A stretch of DNA of 55,140 nucleotides from the NCBI GenBank assembly GCA_050744525.1, contig JBOGHG010000001.1, positions 1 through 55,140 on the forward strand, written 5' to 3'. Below, in pieces: positions 44,391-54,310 of this stretch. A model generated the notes under the pieces. The model ran no database searches. It was given only the letters and a program-made list of their open reading frames with translations, and had not been told where the DNA came from. The position numbers were made by a program, and so were the translations under genes. Source of the DNA: Acidimicrobiales bacterium. GTDB lineage: Bacteria > Actinomycetota > Acidimicrobiia > Acidimicrobiales > VFJN01. The number at the start of each line of letters is the position of its first letter. The first letter of the stretch is position 1.

Positions 44391-45859
44391 CAGCCCGGGT
44401 CGCGCTCGGCGACGAGGACGGCCCGGTTCAGCTTGCCCGCCTCGCTGCGAGGGATGGCGCCGACCAGCTCGATCGACTTCGGCACCTTGTAGGGCGACAG
44501 CCTCGCCCGGCACCAGGCGACCAGCTCGTCGGCCGGCACCGGTGCGGCCGGATCGGTGGGCTGCACGATCGCGTGGACGCGCCGCCCCCACTCGTCGTCG
44601 GCGAGCCCGACCACCACGACGTCGCTCACGCCCGGGTGCTCGCTCAGCGCGCTCTCGACCTCGGCCGGGAACACGTTGGCACCGCCGGTCACGATCATGT
44701 CGACCCGCCGGTCGGCGAGGTACAGGTAGCCGTCGGCGTCGACACGACCGAGGTCGCCGACCGTGGCGAAGCCGTCGCCGGTCACCGGGATCGGCGCCAC
44801 GTCTCCCACGTATTCGGACATGACGCCCTGGGGCTGGCGCAGGTAGATGGCGCCGACCTCGCCGGTGGGCAGCTCCCTGCCGTCGTCGCCGAGGATGCGC
44901 AGCTCGGTGCCGATCGCGCCCCTGCCCACGGTCCCGGGATGATCGAGGTACTCGTCACCGCGCGCGAAGGTCGCGCCGGCGCCCTCGGTCGATCCGTAGC
45001 ACACGAAGAAGTGCCTGGGGCCGACCAGGTCGATCCACGAGCGGGCCAGCCATTCCGGCAGCGGCGCGGCCCCGTGCATGACCCACTCGATGCTCGACAG
45101 GTCGCGCCCGCCGACGTCGGGCTCGCGGGCGATCCGCTGCAGCATGATCGTCGTGGCCACGAAGCCCGTCACCCGGTGCCGCTCGATGGCATCGAGGAGC
45201 CGCCCGGCGTCGAACCGCTGGAGCAGCAACAGCCGATCCGAGCCGGTCAGGAGGTTGGCGATGTGCATGAAGCCGTTGTTGTGGTACAGCGGCGCCGGCA
45301 CGAGCACGAGCTGGGGATCGGACAGCGGCCCGGAGGCCTCCAGCAGGGCGTTGGGCGAGCCCTCGGGGTTGTAGACACCGGGCGTCTTGCGGAGGATGAC
45401 CTTGGGTGTCCCCGTCGATCCCGAGCTGAGGATGCCCGACGAGTGGGGCGGCGTGACCTCCGGCAGCGGGTCGGTCGACGCCGACCGGCTGCCGTCCAGC
45501 AGCGCGGCGTCGTCGGGCTCGACCACCAGCTTGGGGTCGAGCACGGCGCGAACGCGCTCGAGCTCCCAGTCGGGCAGGTCCCAGCGGACCGGCACCACGA
45601 CGGCACCCAGCTTCCAGCCGGCGAGGGTGGTGAAGATGTGCTCGGGGCAGTTGTGGAGCTTGATGCCCAGGCGGTCGCCCTCACCGAGCCCCCGGGCGGC
45701 CAGCGCCCGCGCCAGCTGGGTCGAGCGAGCATCGAGCTCGGACCACGGGACCAGGCGCTCCGCGCCGTCGTCGGCGACGAAGACGATGGCGGTCTGGTCC
45801 GGACGTTCCTCGCCCAGCTGCCGAATGCGTGACCCATACGGGATGGGTTCGGTGTCCAT
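44390..45859 (-). CDS. AMP-dependent synthetase/ligase (acyl-CoA ligase)
   Basis: Motifs ILSSGSTGTPKVI, YGSTEG and a C-terminal GKLNR motif. ATG at 45859 follows GAGGGGA. The long 5' extension in the track is a shadow. Confidence 0.85.
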   Translation of the reverse strand: MDTEPIPYGSRIRQLGEERPDQTAIVFVADDGAERLVPWSELDARSTQLARALAARGLGEGDRLGIKLHNCPEHIFTTLAGWKLGAVVVPVRWDLPDWELERVRAVLDPKLVVEPDDAALLDGSRSASTDPLPEVTPPHSSGILSSGSTGTPKVILRKTPGVYNPEGSPNALLEASGPLSDPQLVLVPAPLYHNNGFMHIANLLTGSDRLLLLQRFDAGRLLDAIERHRVTGFVATTIMLQRIAREPDVGGRDLSSIEWVMHGAAPLPEWLARSWIDLVGPRHFFVCYGSTEGAGATFARGDEYLDHPGTVGRGAIGTELRILGDDGRELPTGEVGAIYLRQPQGVMSEYVGDVAPIPVTGDGFATVGDLGRVDADGYLYLADRRVDMIVTGGANVFPAEVESALSEHPGVSDVVVVGLADDEWGRRVHAIVQPTDPAAPVPADELVAWCRARLSPYKVPKSIELVGAIPRSEAGKLNRAVLVAERDPG

Positions 45860-45882
45860 GTCCCCTCGCCGGCCCGGCGGTA

Positions 45883-47088
45883 TCAGGCGGCCACCTTCTC
45901 CTCGACGCCGAGCAGGCTCATCATGTTGCCACCCATGATCTTGCGCAGGTCCTCGTCGGGCAGCCCCTCGAGCTCGTCGAGGTAGGAGAGCGGATCGGCC
46001 AGGCCCTCGACGTGGGGGAAGTCCGACCCGAAGATCACGTGGTCGGCGCCCAGCAGCTCCACCAGCGCGCGGGGGTCCTCCTCGTGGAACGGGTGCATCC
46101 AGAAGCTCCGCTTGAACGTGTCCGACGGCCTCGCCTCGTAGGCCTGCGGCATCTGCCCGTAACAATGGTCCAGGTGCTCGAGCAGGTTCGGCACCCAGCC
46201 GGCGCCGTTCTCGATGAGCGCCAGCCGGACCCCGGGGAAGCGCCACAGGACCCCGTGGCAGATGACCGACGTGACGGCGTCCTCGATGTCGCGGTGACGC
46301 GCCTGCACGGTATGCGCGAACGGGGAGGGCTGGGCGAACGCCTGCATCTCGGTCTGCACCCCGTCCCACTCGTTGGCGTAGCGCGCGTAGCCGGTGTCGG
46401 AGGCGTGGAGCACGACGAGCGTGCCGCTCTCCTGGATCCGCTCCCAGTAGGGGTCGAACTCGGGCAGGGCGAACGACCGGGGCCCCTGGTAGCCCCACGC
46501 GGGGGCGGGCCGCATCAACACCACGCGGGCGCCCCGGTCGAGGAGCCACTCGAGCTCGTCGATCGCCCGGTCCAGGAGGCCGGGCGTGATGATCGGCGTG
46601 GAGAAGATGCGGCCTTCGAACACGAAGGGCCACGCCTCGGTCATCCACTGGTTGAGGGCGTGGATGGCGTCGGCGCACAGGTCGGGGTCGTCCTTCATCC
46701 GCTCCTCGACGAGGCTGGCGAGCGTGGGCAGCATCAGCGCGTAGTCGACGCCCTGCTCGTCCATGATCTCGAGCCGGGCCGGGGCCTCTCGGAACCCGGG
46801 CGGGCAGTCGATGCCGCGCCCGATGATCTCCCGCTGCGACCGCCCGTCCGGGTTGCCCTGCTTGAAGTACTCCTCCTGGGCACCCGGGCGGCCGACGCGG
46901 TCGAAGGTGGGGTTGGGGATGTAGTCGCTGATCTGGCCGCGCACGACGATCTTCGTCCGGCCATGGACGTCGACGTAGTCGATGGCCCCCCTCTGGGTCT
47001 CGGGCAGGTACTTCGTGAGCGCGTCCCTGGTCTCGTAGAGGTGGTTGTCGGAATCGAAGATGGGGAAGGTCGCCCTGCGGGAGGTCAC
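45883..47088 (-). CDS. Amidohydrolase-family protein
   Basis: Motifs IFDSDNHLYE and C-terminal FGSDFPHVEG. GTG at 47088 follows AAGGAGGA. Confidence 0.85.
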   Translation of the reverse strand: MTSRRATFPIFDSDNHLYETRDALTKYLPETQRGAIDYVDVHGRTKIVVRGQISDYIPNPTFDRVGRPGAQEEYFKQGNPDGRSQREIIGRGIDCPPGFREAPARLEIMDEQGVDYALMLPTLASLVEERMKDDPDLCADAIHALNQWMTEAWPFVFEGRIFSTPIITPGLLDRAIDELEWLLDRGARVVLMRPAPAWGYQGPRSFALPEFDPYWERIQESGTLVVLHASDTGYARYANEWDGVQTEMQAFAQPSPFAHTVQARHRDIEDAVTSVICHGVLWRFPGVRLALIENGAGWVPNLLEHLDHCYGQMPQAYEARPSDTFKRSFWMHPFHEEDPRALVELLGADHVIFGSDFPHVEGLADPLSYLDELEGLPDEDLRKIMGGNMMSLLGVEEKVAA

Positions 47089-47198
47089 GGTTCCTCCTTG
47101 GCTGGATCTGACGGGCTCGTGTGGTCGCCTGACGGGCCCGTCACAGCGTAACTGTCGGGCGGTTGGCGGGCGGGAGGCTCTGCGCCCGCGGGGTCGGC

Positions 47199-48914
47199 GT
47201 GCGCGACGATGGTGTCGTGCACGACCTGGTCGTCAGGGGAGGAACGATCGTCGACGGGCGCGGGGGCGAGCCGTTCCCGGCCGACGTCGCCGTCGACGGC
47301 GGCATGATCACCGAGATCGGCCGGGTCGGCGCGCGGGCCAGGCGGGTGATCGACGCCGACGGGGCGCTGGTCGCGCCCGGGTTCGTGGACGTCCACGCCC
47401 ACTATGACGGGCAGGCGACGTGGGACAGCCAGCTCGCGCCGTCGTCGTGGCACGGCGTGACGACGGTGGTCATGGGCAACTGCGGCGTCGGCTTCGCACC
47501 GGTCAGGGCCGCCGACCACGAGCGCCTCATCCAGTTGATGGAAGGCGTCGAGGACATCCCGGGCGCAGCCCTGCACGAGGGCATCAGCTGGGAGTGGGAG
47601 AGCTTCGACGAGTACCTCGGTGCGCTCGACCGGCGACCGCGCGATGTCGACGTCTGCGCGCTCGTGCCCCACGGCGCCGTGCGGCTCTTCGTCATGGGTG
47701 AGCGGGGGGCAGCCCGTGACGCGGCCACGCGCGAGGAGGTCACGGAGATGGGCCGCCTCGTCCGGGACGGGGTCGCCGCCGGTGCGTTCGGCTTCTCGAC
47801 GTCGAGGACGCTGAACCACCGCACCAGCAGCGGCGATCGGACGCCGACGTTCGGCGCCGCCGGTGAGGAGCTCATCGGGATCGCCGGGGCCATGCGCGAG
47901 ACCGGCCGGGGCGCGTTCGAGGTGGTCTCCGACTTCGACGATCTCGACGACGAGTTCGACGTGTTCGCCCGCGTGGCGGCCGAGACCGGCACGCGGACCT
48001 TCATCTCGCTCAACCAGAACAAGCGCGGCGGGTACCGCAGGGTGCTGGACCGCATCGCCGACGCCGCCCGCGGCGGGCTGCCCGTGCAGGCCCAGGTTGC
48101 CGTGCGCCCCATCGGCGTCCTGTTCGGCCTCGACACGACGCTCGACCCCTTCATCCTCAACCCCGTGTGGTCGGCCTATCGAAACGGGGACCGCGCCGCA
48201 CGGCTGGCGGCGCTTGTTGACCCGTCGGTCCGCCTCCGCCTGACCGAGGCCGCCGGCGAGCCGGCCCACGTGTTCGGTCGCTACGAGCGCTTCTACCCCC
48301 TCGGCGATCCTCCCGAGTACGAACCGGCGCCCGAGGCCAGCGTGGCTGCGATCGCCGAGCGGCAGGACCGGCACCCGGTGGAGGTGCTCTGCGATCTCAT
48401 GGCCGCCGACGGGGGCGGAGGCTTCGTCTACTTCCCGATCTTCAACTACGAGGCCGGCGACCTCGAAGCCCAGCGCGAGCTGCTCACCCACCCGGACACG
48501 ATCATCGGCCTGGCCGACGGTGGCGCCCACGTGGGGACGATCTGCGACGGCAGCTTCCCCACCACCCTGCTGGCCCACTGGGGCCGCGACCGCGTCCGCG
48601 GTCCCCGGCTGGAGCTGCCCTGGTTGGTCAAGGCGCAGACGGCCGACACCGCCGACGCCTATGGCCTCCACGACCGTGGTCGGGTGCGGGTCGGCCTGCG
48701 CGCCGACCTGAACGTCATCGACTTCGCGCGGCTGCGGGCCCGCACTCCTGAGGTGGTCCACGACCTGCCGGCGGGAGGCCGGCGCCTGGTCCAGCGGGCC
48801 GACGGCTACGTCGCCACCGTGGTGGCCGGCGAGGTCACGTACCGCAGCGGCGAGGCCACGGGCGCCCTGCCCGGCCGGCTGGTTCGCAGTGGCACCGCAG
48901 GCGTGCGGACCTAG
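47199..48914 (+). CDS. N-acyl-D-amino-acid deacylase (D-aminoacylase) family amidohydrolase (start uncertain)
   Basis: Motifs DLVVRGGTIVDG, APGFVDVHAHYD and VMGNCGVGFAP. Candidate starts are GTG 47199, GTG 47217 and TTG 47163. Confidence 0.8.
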   Translation: MRDDGVVHDLVVRGGTIVDGRGGEPFPADVAVDGGMITEIGRVGARARRVIDADGALVAPGFVDVHAHYDGQATWDSQLAPSSWHGVTTVVMGNCGVGFAPVRAADHERLIQLMEGVEDIPGAALHEGISWEWESFDEYLGALDRRPRDVDVCALVPHGAVRLFVMGERGAARDAATREEVTEMGRLVRDGVAAGAFGFSTSRTLNHRTSSGDRTPTFGAAGEELIGIAGAMRETGRGAFEVVSDFDDLDDEFDVFARVAAETGTRTFISLNQNKRGGYRRVLDRIADAARGGLPVQAQVAVRPIGVLFGLDTTLDPFILNPVWSAYRNGDRAARLAALVDPSVRLRLTEAAGEPAHVFGRYERFYPLGDPPEYEPAPEASVAAIAERQDRHPVEVLCDLMAADGGGGFVYFPIFNYEAGDLEAQRELLTHPDTIIGLADGGAHVGTICDGSFPTTLLAHWGRDRVRGPRLELPWLVKAQTADTADAYGLHDRGRVRVGLRADLNVIDFARLRARTPEVVHDLPAGGRRLVQRADGYVATVVAGEVTYRSGEATGALPGRLVRSGTAGVRT

Positions 48915-49582
48915 GTCGTTGCGCGGTCGTAGCGCGGATTCGGCGCCGGGGAGGTGTCGTCGGGCGTGCAGTCTGCGATGGCGCCGACGAGCAGGTCGCG
49001 CAGCATCCCGTCGGCGTCCGGTAAACACGCCTGCGCGATGCCCACCACGGCATGGCGGACGGTGTTGGGCGCGCCGTGCCGGTGGAAACCCTTGGCCGTG
49101 GTCCGCATGTCACGGTCGAAGCCGCGGGCCCATTCCGCAGCGTGTGGAACTCGTGCGAGCGCCCTGCGGCTCCGCTCGTCGAGCTCGTCCACCGGTCGCC
49201 CGTCGAGCTGGGACCGCACCCGTTCGGCAGCGAGCACGGCCACCGCCAGCACCCGTTGCCGCTCCTCCGAGACGACGGGCAACGCGCTGACCGCGGCCCG
49301 GAGCGCTATCCGCACGTCCACCCGGGGGTCGTCGCTGGTCAGCCCGATCACCGAGGGGGCCAGCTCGACCAGGTTGCGCCGGCCGGCATCGGACGTGTGG
49401 TCGTTGACCAGGCGGGCGAGGGCGGCGAGCAGCGGGTGGGTGCACGCCGGGTGATCGCTCCACGGCTCGCCGGCGAGGTACGACACCAGCTCCATGAAGC
49501 ACGCGCCCTTGCGCGGGTTCCGGTGCTTGCCCCGGGTCAGCTCCGGGATCAGCTCGGGGACTCGGGTGCCGGAACGGAACAT
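48911..49582 (-). CDS. Conserved hypothetical protein
   Basis: 223 aa with coding-like GC3 usage (MFRSGTRVPELIPELTRGKHRNPRKGACFMELVSYLAGEPWSDHPACTHP...). The remainder of track ORF 48911-50314 is a shadow of the LLM gene. Confidence 0.55.
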   Translation of the reverse strand: MFRSGTRVPELIPELTRGKHRNPRKGACFMELVSYLAGEPWSDHPACTHPLLAALARLVNDHTSDAGRRNLVELAPSVIGLTSDDPRVDVRIALRAAVSALPVVSEERQRVLAVAVLAAERVRSQLDGRPVDELDERSRRALARVPHAAEWARGFDRDMRTTAKGFHRHGAPNTVRHAVVGIAQACLPDADGMLRDLLVGAIADCTPDDTSPAPNPRYDRATT

Positions 49583-49727
49583 GGCACGCTCCCAAGGGAT
49601 CGCAATCCTCTGGGCTCCAGTCTGCGCCTTCCGTGGCGTCCAGGCCACCCCGTTCTGCGAACAGACGGGGTTGTCAAGTACGTTCGGGCGATGCCACCGA
49701 CAGCGAGACCAGCGTGAGGCTGGCTCG

Positions 49728-50642
49728 GTGACCGGCTCCACGCCGGAGTTCCACGTCTTCCTCCCGCAGATGCGCATGGGCCTCGACGTGGTGGTCGACA
49801 AGGCTCGGGCGGCCGAGGCCGCCGGGTTCGGAGGCATCGCCCTCATGGACCACCTGGCGCCACCGATGGCCGAGGACCAGCCCATGCACGAGGCCATGAT
49901 CAGCGCCGCCTGGCTGGCCGCGCACACCGAGACGCTGCGGGTCGGCCACCTGGTGCTCTGCGATGCGCTGCGCCATCCCGCGGTGCTCGCCAAGCAGGCG
50001 GTGACAATCGACCACGCGTCGGGCGGACGCTTCGAGCTCGGCATCGGCTGGGGGTCGGTGCCCGACGAGCTCGACGCGTTCGGGATCGGCGACACCACCC
50101 CGAGCGCCCGGGTGCGTCGGCTGGCGGAAAGCCTCGAGGTCATGACCGCGCTCTGGAGCGGCGAGACGGTCGACTTCGAGGGCGAGTTCCACCGCGTGAA
50201 GGGTGGCCGCCAGCGGCCGGCACCCCTGGCCAGGATCCCGCTCCTCATCGGGGGCGCGGGCCGCAAGACGCTGGCGCTGGTGGCCCGGCACGCGGACTGG
50301 TGGAACCTGCCCATCTACGCCCTCGAACGCCTGGAGGAGCTGCGTCCGTCGGCGGGCGGCGCCCGGGTGTCGTTCCAGCAGCTGGTGGCGTTCGTGCCCG
50401 ACGAGGCAGGGCGCGACGGGGTGACGGAGCTGGCGCGGCGACGCTTCGGTGCCTACGGCGACGGGCTGATCGTCGGCGACGCCTCCCAACTGGTCGATCA
50501 CTTCGCGGCGCTGCATGATCGTGGCGTCGAACGCTTCTACACGTGGTTCTCGGACTTCGCCGACCCGGAGACGCTGGCCGCCTTCGGCGCCGACGTGATC
50601 GAGACCCTGGCTCCCCACGGAGGGGCGAGACCTTGGACCTGA
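49728..50642 (+). CDS. LLM-class F420-dependent oxidoreductase
   Basis: Motifs FHVFLPQM, GIALMDHL and IDHASGGRFELGIGWG. GTG at 49728. Confidence 0.8.
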   Translation: MTGSTPEFHVFLPQMRMGLDVVVDKARAAEAAGFGGIALMDHLAPPMAEDQPMHEAMISAAWLAAHTETLRVGHLVLCDALRHPAVLAKQAVTIDHASGGRFELGIGWGSVPDELDAFGIGDTTPSARVRRLAESLEVMTALWSGETVDFEGEFHRVKGGRQRPAPLARIPLLIGGAGRKTLALVARHADWWNLPIYALERLEELRPSAGGARVSFQQLVAFVPDEAGRDGVTELARRRFGAYGDGLIVGDASQLVDHFAALHDRGVERFYTWFSDFADPETLAAFGADVIETLAPHGGARPWT

Positions 50643-51790
50643 GGCTGAACCCGGAGCAGGGCTTCTTCCAGGAGACCACCAGGCGGTTCCTGGAGGGCCA
50701 GGCGCCGTTGACCAGGGTGCGGGAGCTGGTCGACGACCCCGCGGGCTTCGACCGTGGCTGGTGGCGCCGGGGCGCGGAGCTGGGCTGGACGGCGTTCCTC
50801 GTGCCCGAGGAGCACGGCGGCGGCACGCTGTCTGGCGGCGGGTTGGCCGACCTGGCGATCGTCGCCGAGGAGTTCGGGCGCCTGGTGTCGCCGGGCCCCC
50901 TGAATCCCACCAACGTCGTGGCCGCGGCCCTGGCCGCCTCGGGAACGCCCGACCAGCGGGCCGACCTGCTGCCCGGCATCGTGAGCGGTGACGTGGTCGC
51001 CGGCTGGTGCTTCAACGAGCCCGGCCGCGGCTGGCGCCCGGGGGACGTCGAGCTCCGGGCCCGGCGCAGCGGCGACGGTTTCGTCCTGGCGGGGACCAAG
51101 GCCATGGTCGAGGCCGCGAGCGCGGCCGACTGGTTCCTGGTCAGCGCCCGCCCGGACGGTGCCGACGACGGCCTCGTCCAGTTCCTCGTCCCGCGCGATG
51201 CGCCCGGTCTCAGCGTCACCCCGATGAACGGGCTCGACCTGGTGCGGCGGTTCGGGCGGGTCCGGTTCGACGACGTGGCCGTGGCCAGCAGCGCCCGGGT
51301 CGGCGCCGGCGATGCGACGGCCGACATCGAGCGGCTGCTGCAGATCGGCGCCACCCTCGAGTGCGCGCAGATGGCGGGCGCGGCGGACCGGGTCCTCGAG
51401 TTCACCGCCGAGTACGCCTTCGACCGGCATTCCTTCGGCCGCCCGCTGGCGTCGTACCAGGCCCTCAAGCATCGCTTCGCCGACATGAAGCTGTGGCTGG
51501 AGGCAACTCATGCCACCGTGGAGGGCGCGGCCCGGGCGATCGACGGCGCGGCCGGCGGGTCGAACGGGGCCACCGGCGGCCACGCCGCCCGCCTGGTCAG
51601 CGCCGCCAAGGTGTACGTCGGCGATCGCGTGCCCGAGCTGGTCCAGGACTGCGTGCAGATGCACGGTGGCATCGGCGTGACGTGGGAGCACGACATCCAC
51701 CTGTACCTGCGCCGGGTGACCCTCGGCAGGGGCCTCTACGGCACGCCCGACGAGCACCGCGAGCGCCTGGCCGTGGCCGCCGGGCTGTAG
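50633..51790 (+). CDS. Acyl-CoA dehydrogenase family protein
   Basis: Motifs LVPEEHGG and C-terminal MHGGIGVTWEHDIHLYLRR. TTG at 50633 follows GGAGGGG and overlaps the LLM stop. Confidence 0.8.
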   Translation: MDLRLNPEQGFFQETTRRFLEGQAPLTRVRELVDDPAGFDRGWWRRGAELGWTAFLVPEEHGGGTLSGGGLADLAIVAEEFGRLVSPGPLNPTNVVAAALAASGTPDQRADLLPGIVSGDVVAGWCFNEPGRGWRPGDVELRARRSGDGFVLAGTKAMVEAASAADWFLVSARPDGADDGLVQFLVPRDAPGLSVTPMNGLDLVRRFGRVRFDDVAVASSARVGAGDATADIERLLQIGATLECAQMAGAADRVLEFTAEYAFDRHSFGRPLASYQALKHRFADMKLWLEATHATVEGAARAIDGAAGGSNGATGGHAARLVSAAKVYVGDRVPELVQDCVQMHGGIGVTWEHDIHLYLRRVTLGRGLYGTPDEHRERLAVAAGL

Positions 51791-51811
51791 GACGACGACG
51801 AGGGAGCCCCG

Positions 51812-53092
51812 ATGGTTGACACCACCGCCGCCGGCGCCGGTACGCAGCACGAAGATCTCGACGCCTTCCGCCAACGGGTGCGGGCCTGGCTCGCCGACAA
51901 CATGCCCGAGCTGGAGCCGGGCGTGGACTGGAACCCGACGCGCGACGACGACGATCGCGCCAGCCGGGCCCGGGAGCTGCAGCGCCGCCTGTACGACGGC
52001 GGGTTCGCCGGCATCTGCTATCCCCGGGAGTACGGCGGCCAAGGCCTGCCCGTCGAGTACCAGCGGGCGTTCGACCAGGAGTCGGAGGGCTACGAGCTCC
52101 CCATGCTGTTCAGCGTGCCCACGCTGTCGATCTGCGGTCCGACCATCCTCGAGTTCGGGACCGAGGAGCAGAAGCGACGCTACATCCCGGCGTTCATCCG
52201 CGGCGACGAGCTGTGGGTACAGTTCATGTCCGAGCCGTCGGGCGGGTCCGACATGGCGGGCGCGCTCACCCGGGCGACCCGCGACGGCGACGTCTTCCTG
52301 CTGAACGGCTCGAAGATCTGGAGCACCTACGCCTACCGCTCCGACCTCGCCCTGTGCCTGGCCCGCACCAATTGGGACGTGCCCAAGCACCGCGGCCTGA
52401 CGATGTTCATCGTCCCGATCCCCCACCCAGGCATCACGGTCAACCAGATCAAGATGGTGGACGGCACCGAGGAGTTCTGCGAGGAGTTCTTCGACGACGC
52501 CGTCATCCCCGCCGCGAACGTGCTCGGCCAGGTCGACGACGGCTGGACGGTGGCCACACGCCTGCTGTTCCACGAGCGGGCGTCGGTGGGTGGGGCCTCG
52601 CCCTACACCAGCGGCCGGATGCCGGGCGGCGGCGAGACCGCCCGCAACGAGCTCGTCGAGCTGGCCAGGGCTCGCGGCAAGGGCCACGATCCCCTGGTCC
52701 GGCGTCTGATCGGCCAGGCGGAGGCCCTGGCCATCGTGCACGGCCAGCTCGTCGATCGCGTGCGCACCGGCCTGGAAACGGGCCACTTCCCGGGCCCCGC
52801 CGGGTCTCTGGTGCGGCTCTACGCCGGCACCGCGGCGGTCGAGCGCGCCACCATCGCGATGGAGATCGCCGGCGACGAGGCGCTCGTCTGGGACGGGGAC
52901 GCCGACGGCCGCTACGGCATCGGCTACATCCGGCGCCAGTCGGCCTGTCTCGGAGGTGGCAGCACCGAGATGGCGCGCAACATCGTCAGTGAGCGACTGT
53001 TGGGCATGCCCCGCGAGTACGCCGCCGACCGGGACGTGGCGTTCCGCGAGGTCCGGCGCAACACGATGCCGTCCAAGAAGGGGAGTGGGTGA
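51812..53092 (+). CDS. Acyl-CoA dehydrogenase family protein
   Basis: Motifs YPREYGGQG, MSEPSGGSDMAG and C-terminal GGGSTEMARNIVSERLLGMP. Confidence 0.9.
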   Translation: MVDTTAAGAGTQHEDLDAFRQRVRAWLADNMPELEPGVDWNPTRDDDDRASRARELQRRLYDGGFAGICYPREYGGQGLPVEYQRAFDQESEGYELPMLFSVPTLSICGPTILEFGTEEQKRRYIPAFIRGDELWVQFMSEPSGGSDMAGALTRATRDGDVFLLNGSKIWSTYAYRSDLALCLARTNWDVPKHRGLTMFIVPIPHPGITVNQIKMVDGTEEFCEEFFDDAVIPAANVLGQVDDGWTVATRLLFHERASVGGASPYTSGRMPGGGETARNELVELARARGKGHDPLVRRLIGQAEALAIVHGQLVDRVRTGLETGHFPGPAGSLVRLYAGTAAVERATIAMEIAGDEALVWDGDADGRYGIGYIRRQSACLGGGSTEMARNIVSERLLGMPREYAADRDVAFREVRRNTMPSKKGSG

Positions 53093-53409
53093 TGGATCAG
53101 TTGGAGCTGCGAGCCGGTTCCCGATTGCGCAGCGCCGTCGACGCCACCGAGGTGGTCGTGGTACGGCCGCCGGCGGAGCCGGTCGACCTGCGCTGCGGAG
53201 GGCATCCCATGGTCCCGTTGGATTCCGACGGCACGACCGAGGCGTCGCCCTCGCCCCATCACGCCGGCGGCTCCCTGCTCGGGAAGCGCTACGTCGACAC
53301 CGACCAGACCCTGGAGGTGCTGTGCACCAAGCCCGGCGACGGGTCACTGTCCCTCGGTGACGAGCCACTCCAGGTCAAGGAAGCCAAGCCCCTTCCGGCA
53401 TCGGACTGA
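53092..53409 (+). CDS. Small hypothetical protein coupled to the ACAD pair
   Basis: 105 aa. The ATG shares one nucleotide with the ACAD stop (TGATG). It has coding-like codon usage and no recognisable motif. Confidence 0.5.
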   Translation: MDQLELRAGSRLRSAVDATEVVVVRPPAEPVDLRCGGHPMVPLDSDGTTEASPSPHHAGGSLLGKRYVDTDQTLEVLCTKPGDGSLSLGDEPLQVKEAKPLPASD

Positions 53410-53466
53410 CACGGTGATCGGCGGCCGTCGCCGATGACGTCGTGGCCGTCGGCCACGCGGGCCCGT

Positions 53467-54267
53467 TCAGCCCATCGGCGTCCAACCACCGCCCTGCAGG
53501 TGGTTGCCGCCGTCGACATCGATCACGACCCCGGTGATCGACGCTGCCTCGTCGGAGAGCAGGAAGGTGCAGGCATTGGCGATGTCGTCGGCGGTCGTGA
53601 GGCGCCCGAGCACGAGGTTGCGGGCGATGGCATGCCCGTCGTCGGCTTCCCACATCGACCGGGTCGCCGAGGTCTTGGTCAGCCCCGGCGCCACCGCGTT
53701 CACCCGCACGCCCAGCGGGCCGAGGTCGCGTGCCAGCGTGCGGGTCACGGCGTTGAGAGCCGCCTTGGCGGCGGCGTAGGCGAGCATCGAGGGGGTCGTC
53801 TTGTTGACCGTCCCGCTCGACACGTTGACGACCGCCCCGCCCCCGTCGGCCAGCCCGCCACGCAACGCCTGTTGGACCAGCGCGATGGTGCCCCAGGTGT
53901 TGAGCTCGACCGTCTTCAGATAGCCGCCGCGGTCGATCTCCCGGGGCGACCCCTGGAACCGCGTCCCGCCCACCGTGTTGACGACCGCGTCGAGCCGCCC
54001 ATAGCGGTCGACGGCGGCGTCCACCAGCCGGGTGGGCGTGGCGTCGTCCTGCAGCGAACCGGCGACGGCGACGACCGCGAAGCCCGCGTCGCGCAGCTCG
54101 CGCTCCGCGGCCCGGAGCGGTTCCTCGGAACGGCCGTTGATGACCACCGAGGCGCCCTCGCGCGCCAGGCGGGTGGCGGTGGATCGGCCGATGCTCGGGT
54201 CGAGCGAGGACCCGGTGACGATGGCCACCTTGCCTTGGAACCGACCACCGGCAACGACCGTGCCCAT
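53467..54267 (-). CDS. SDR-family oxidoreductase
   Basis: Motifs GKVAIVTGSS, NTVG and YAAAKAAL. The ATG at 54267 is preferred over the TTG at 54282. Confidence 0.85.
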   Translation of the reverse strand: MGTVVAGGRFQGKVAIVTGSSLDPSIGRSTATRLAREGASVVINGRSEEPLRAAERELRDAGFAVVAVAGSLQDDATPTRLVDAAVDRYGRLDAVVNTVGGTRFQGSPREIDRGGYLKTVELNTWGTIALVQQALRGGLADGGGAVVNVSSGTVNKTTPSMLAYAAAKAALNAVTRTLARDLGPLGVRVNAVAPGLTKTSATRSMWEADDGHAIARNLVLGRLTTADDIANACTFLLSDEAASITGVVIDVDGGNHLQGGGWTPMG

Positions 54268-54310
54268 TGCCGAACGATACAAACAGTCGAACCGACGACG
54301 AGGAGTGCCC

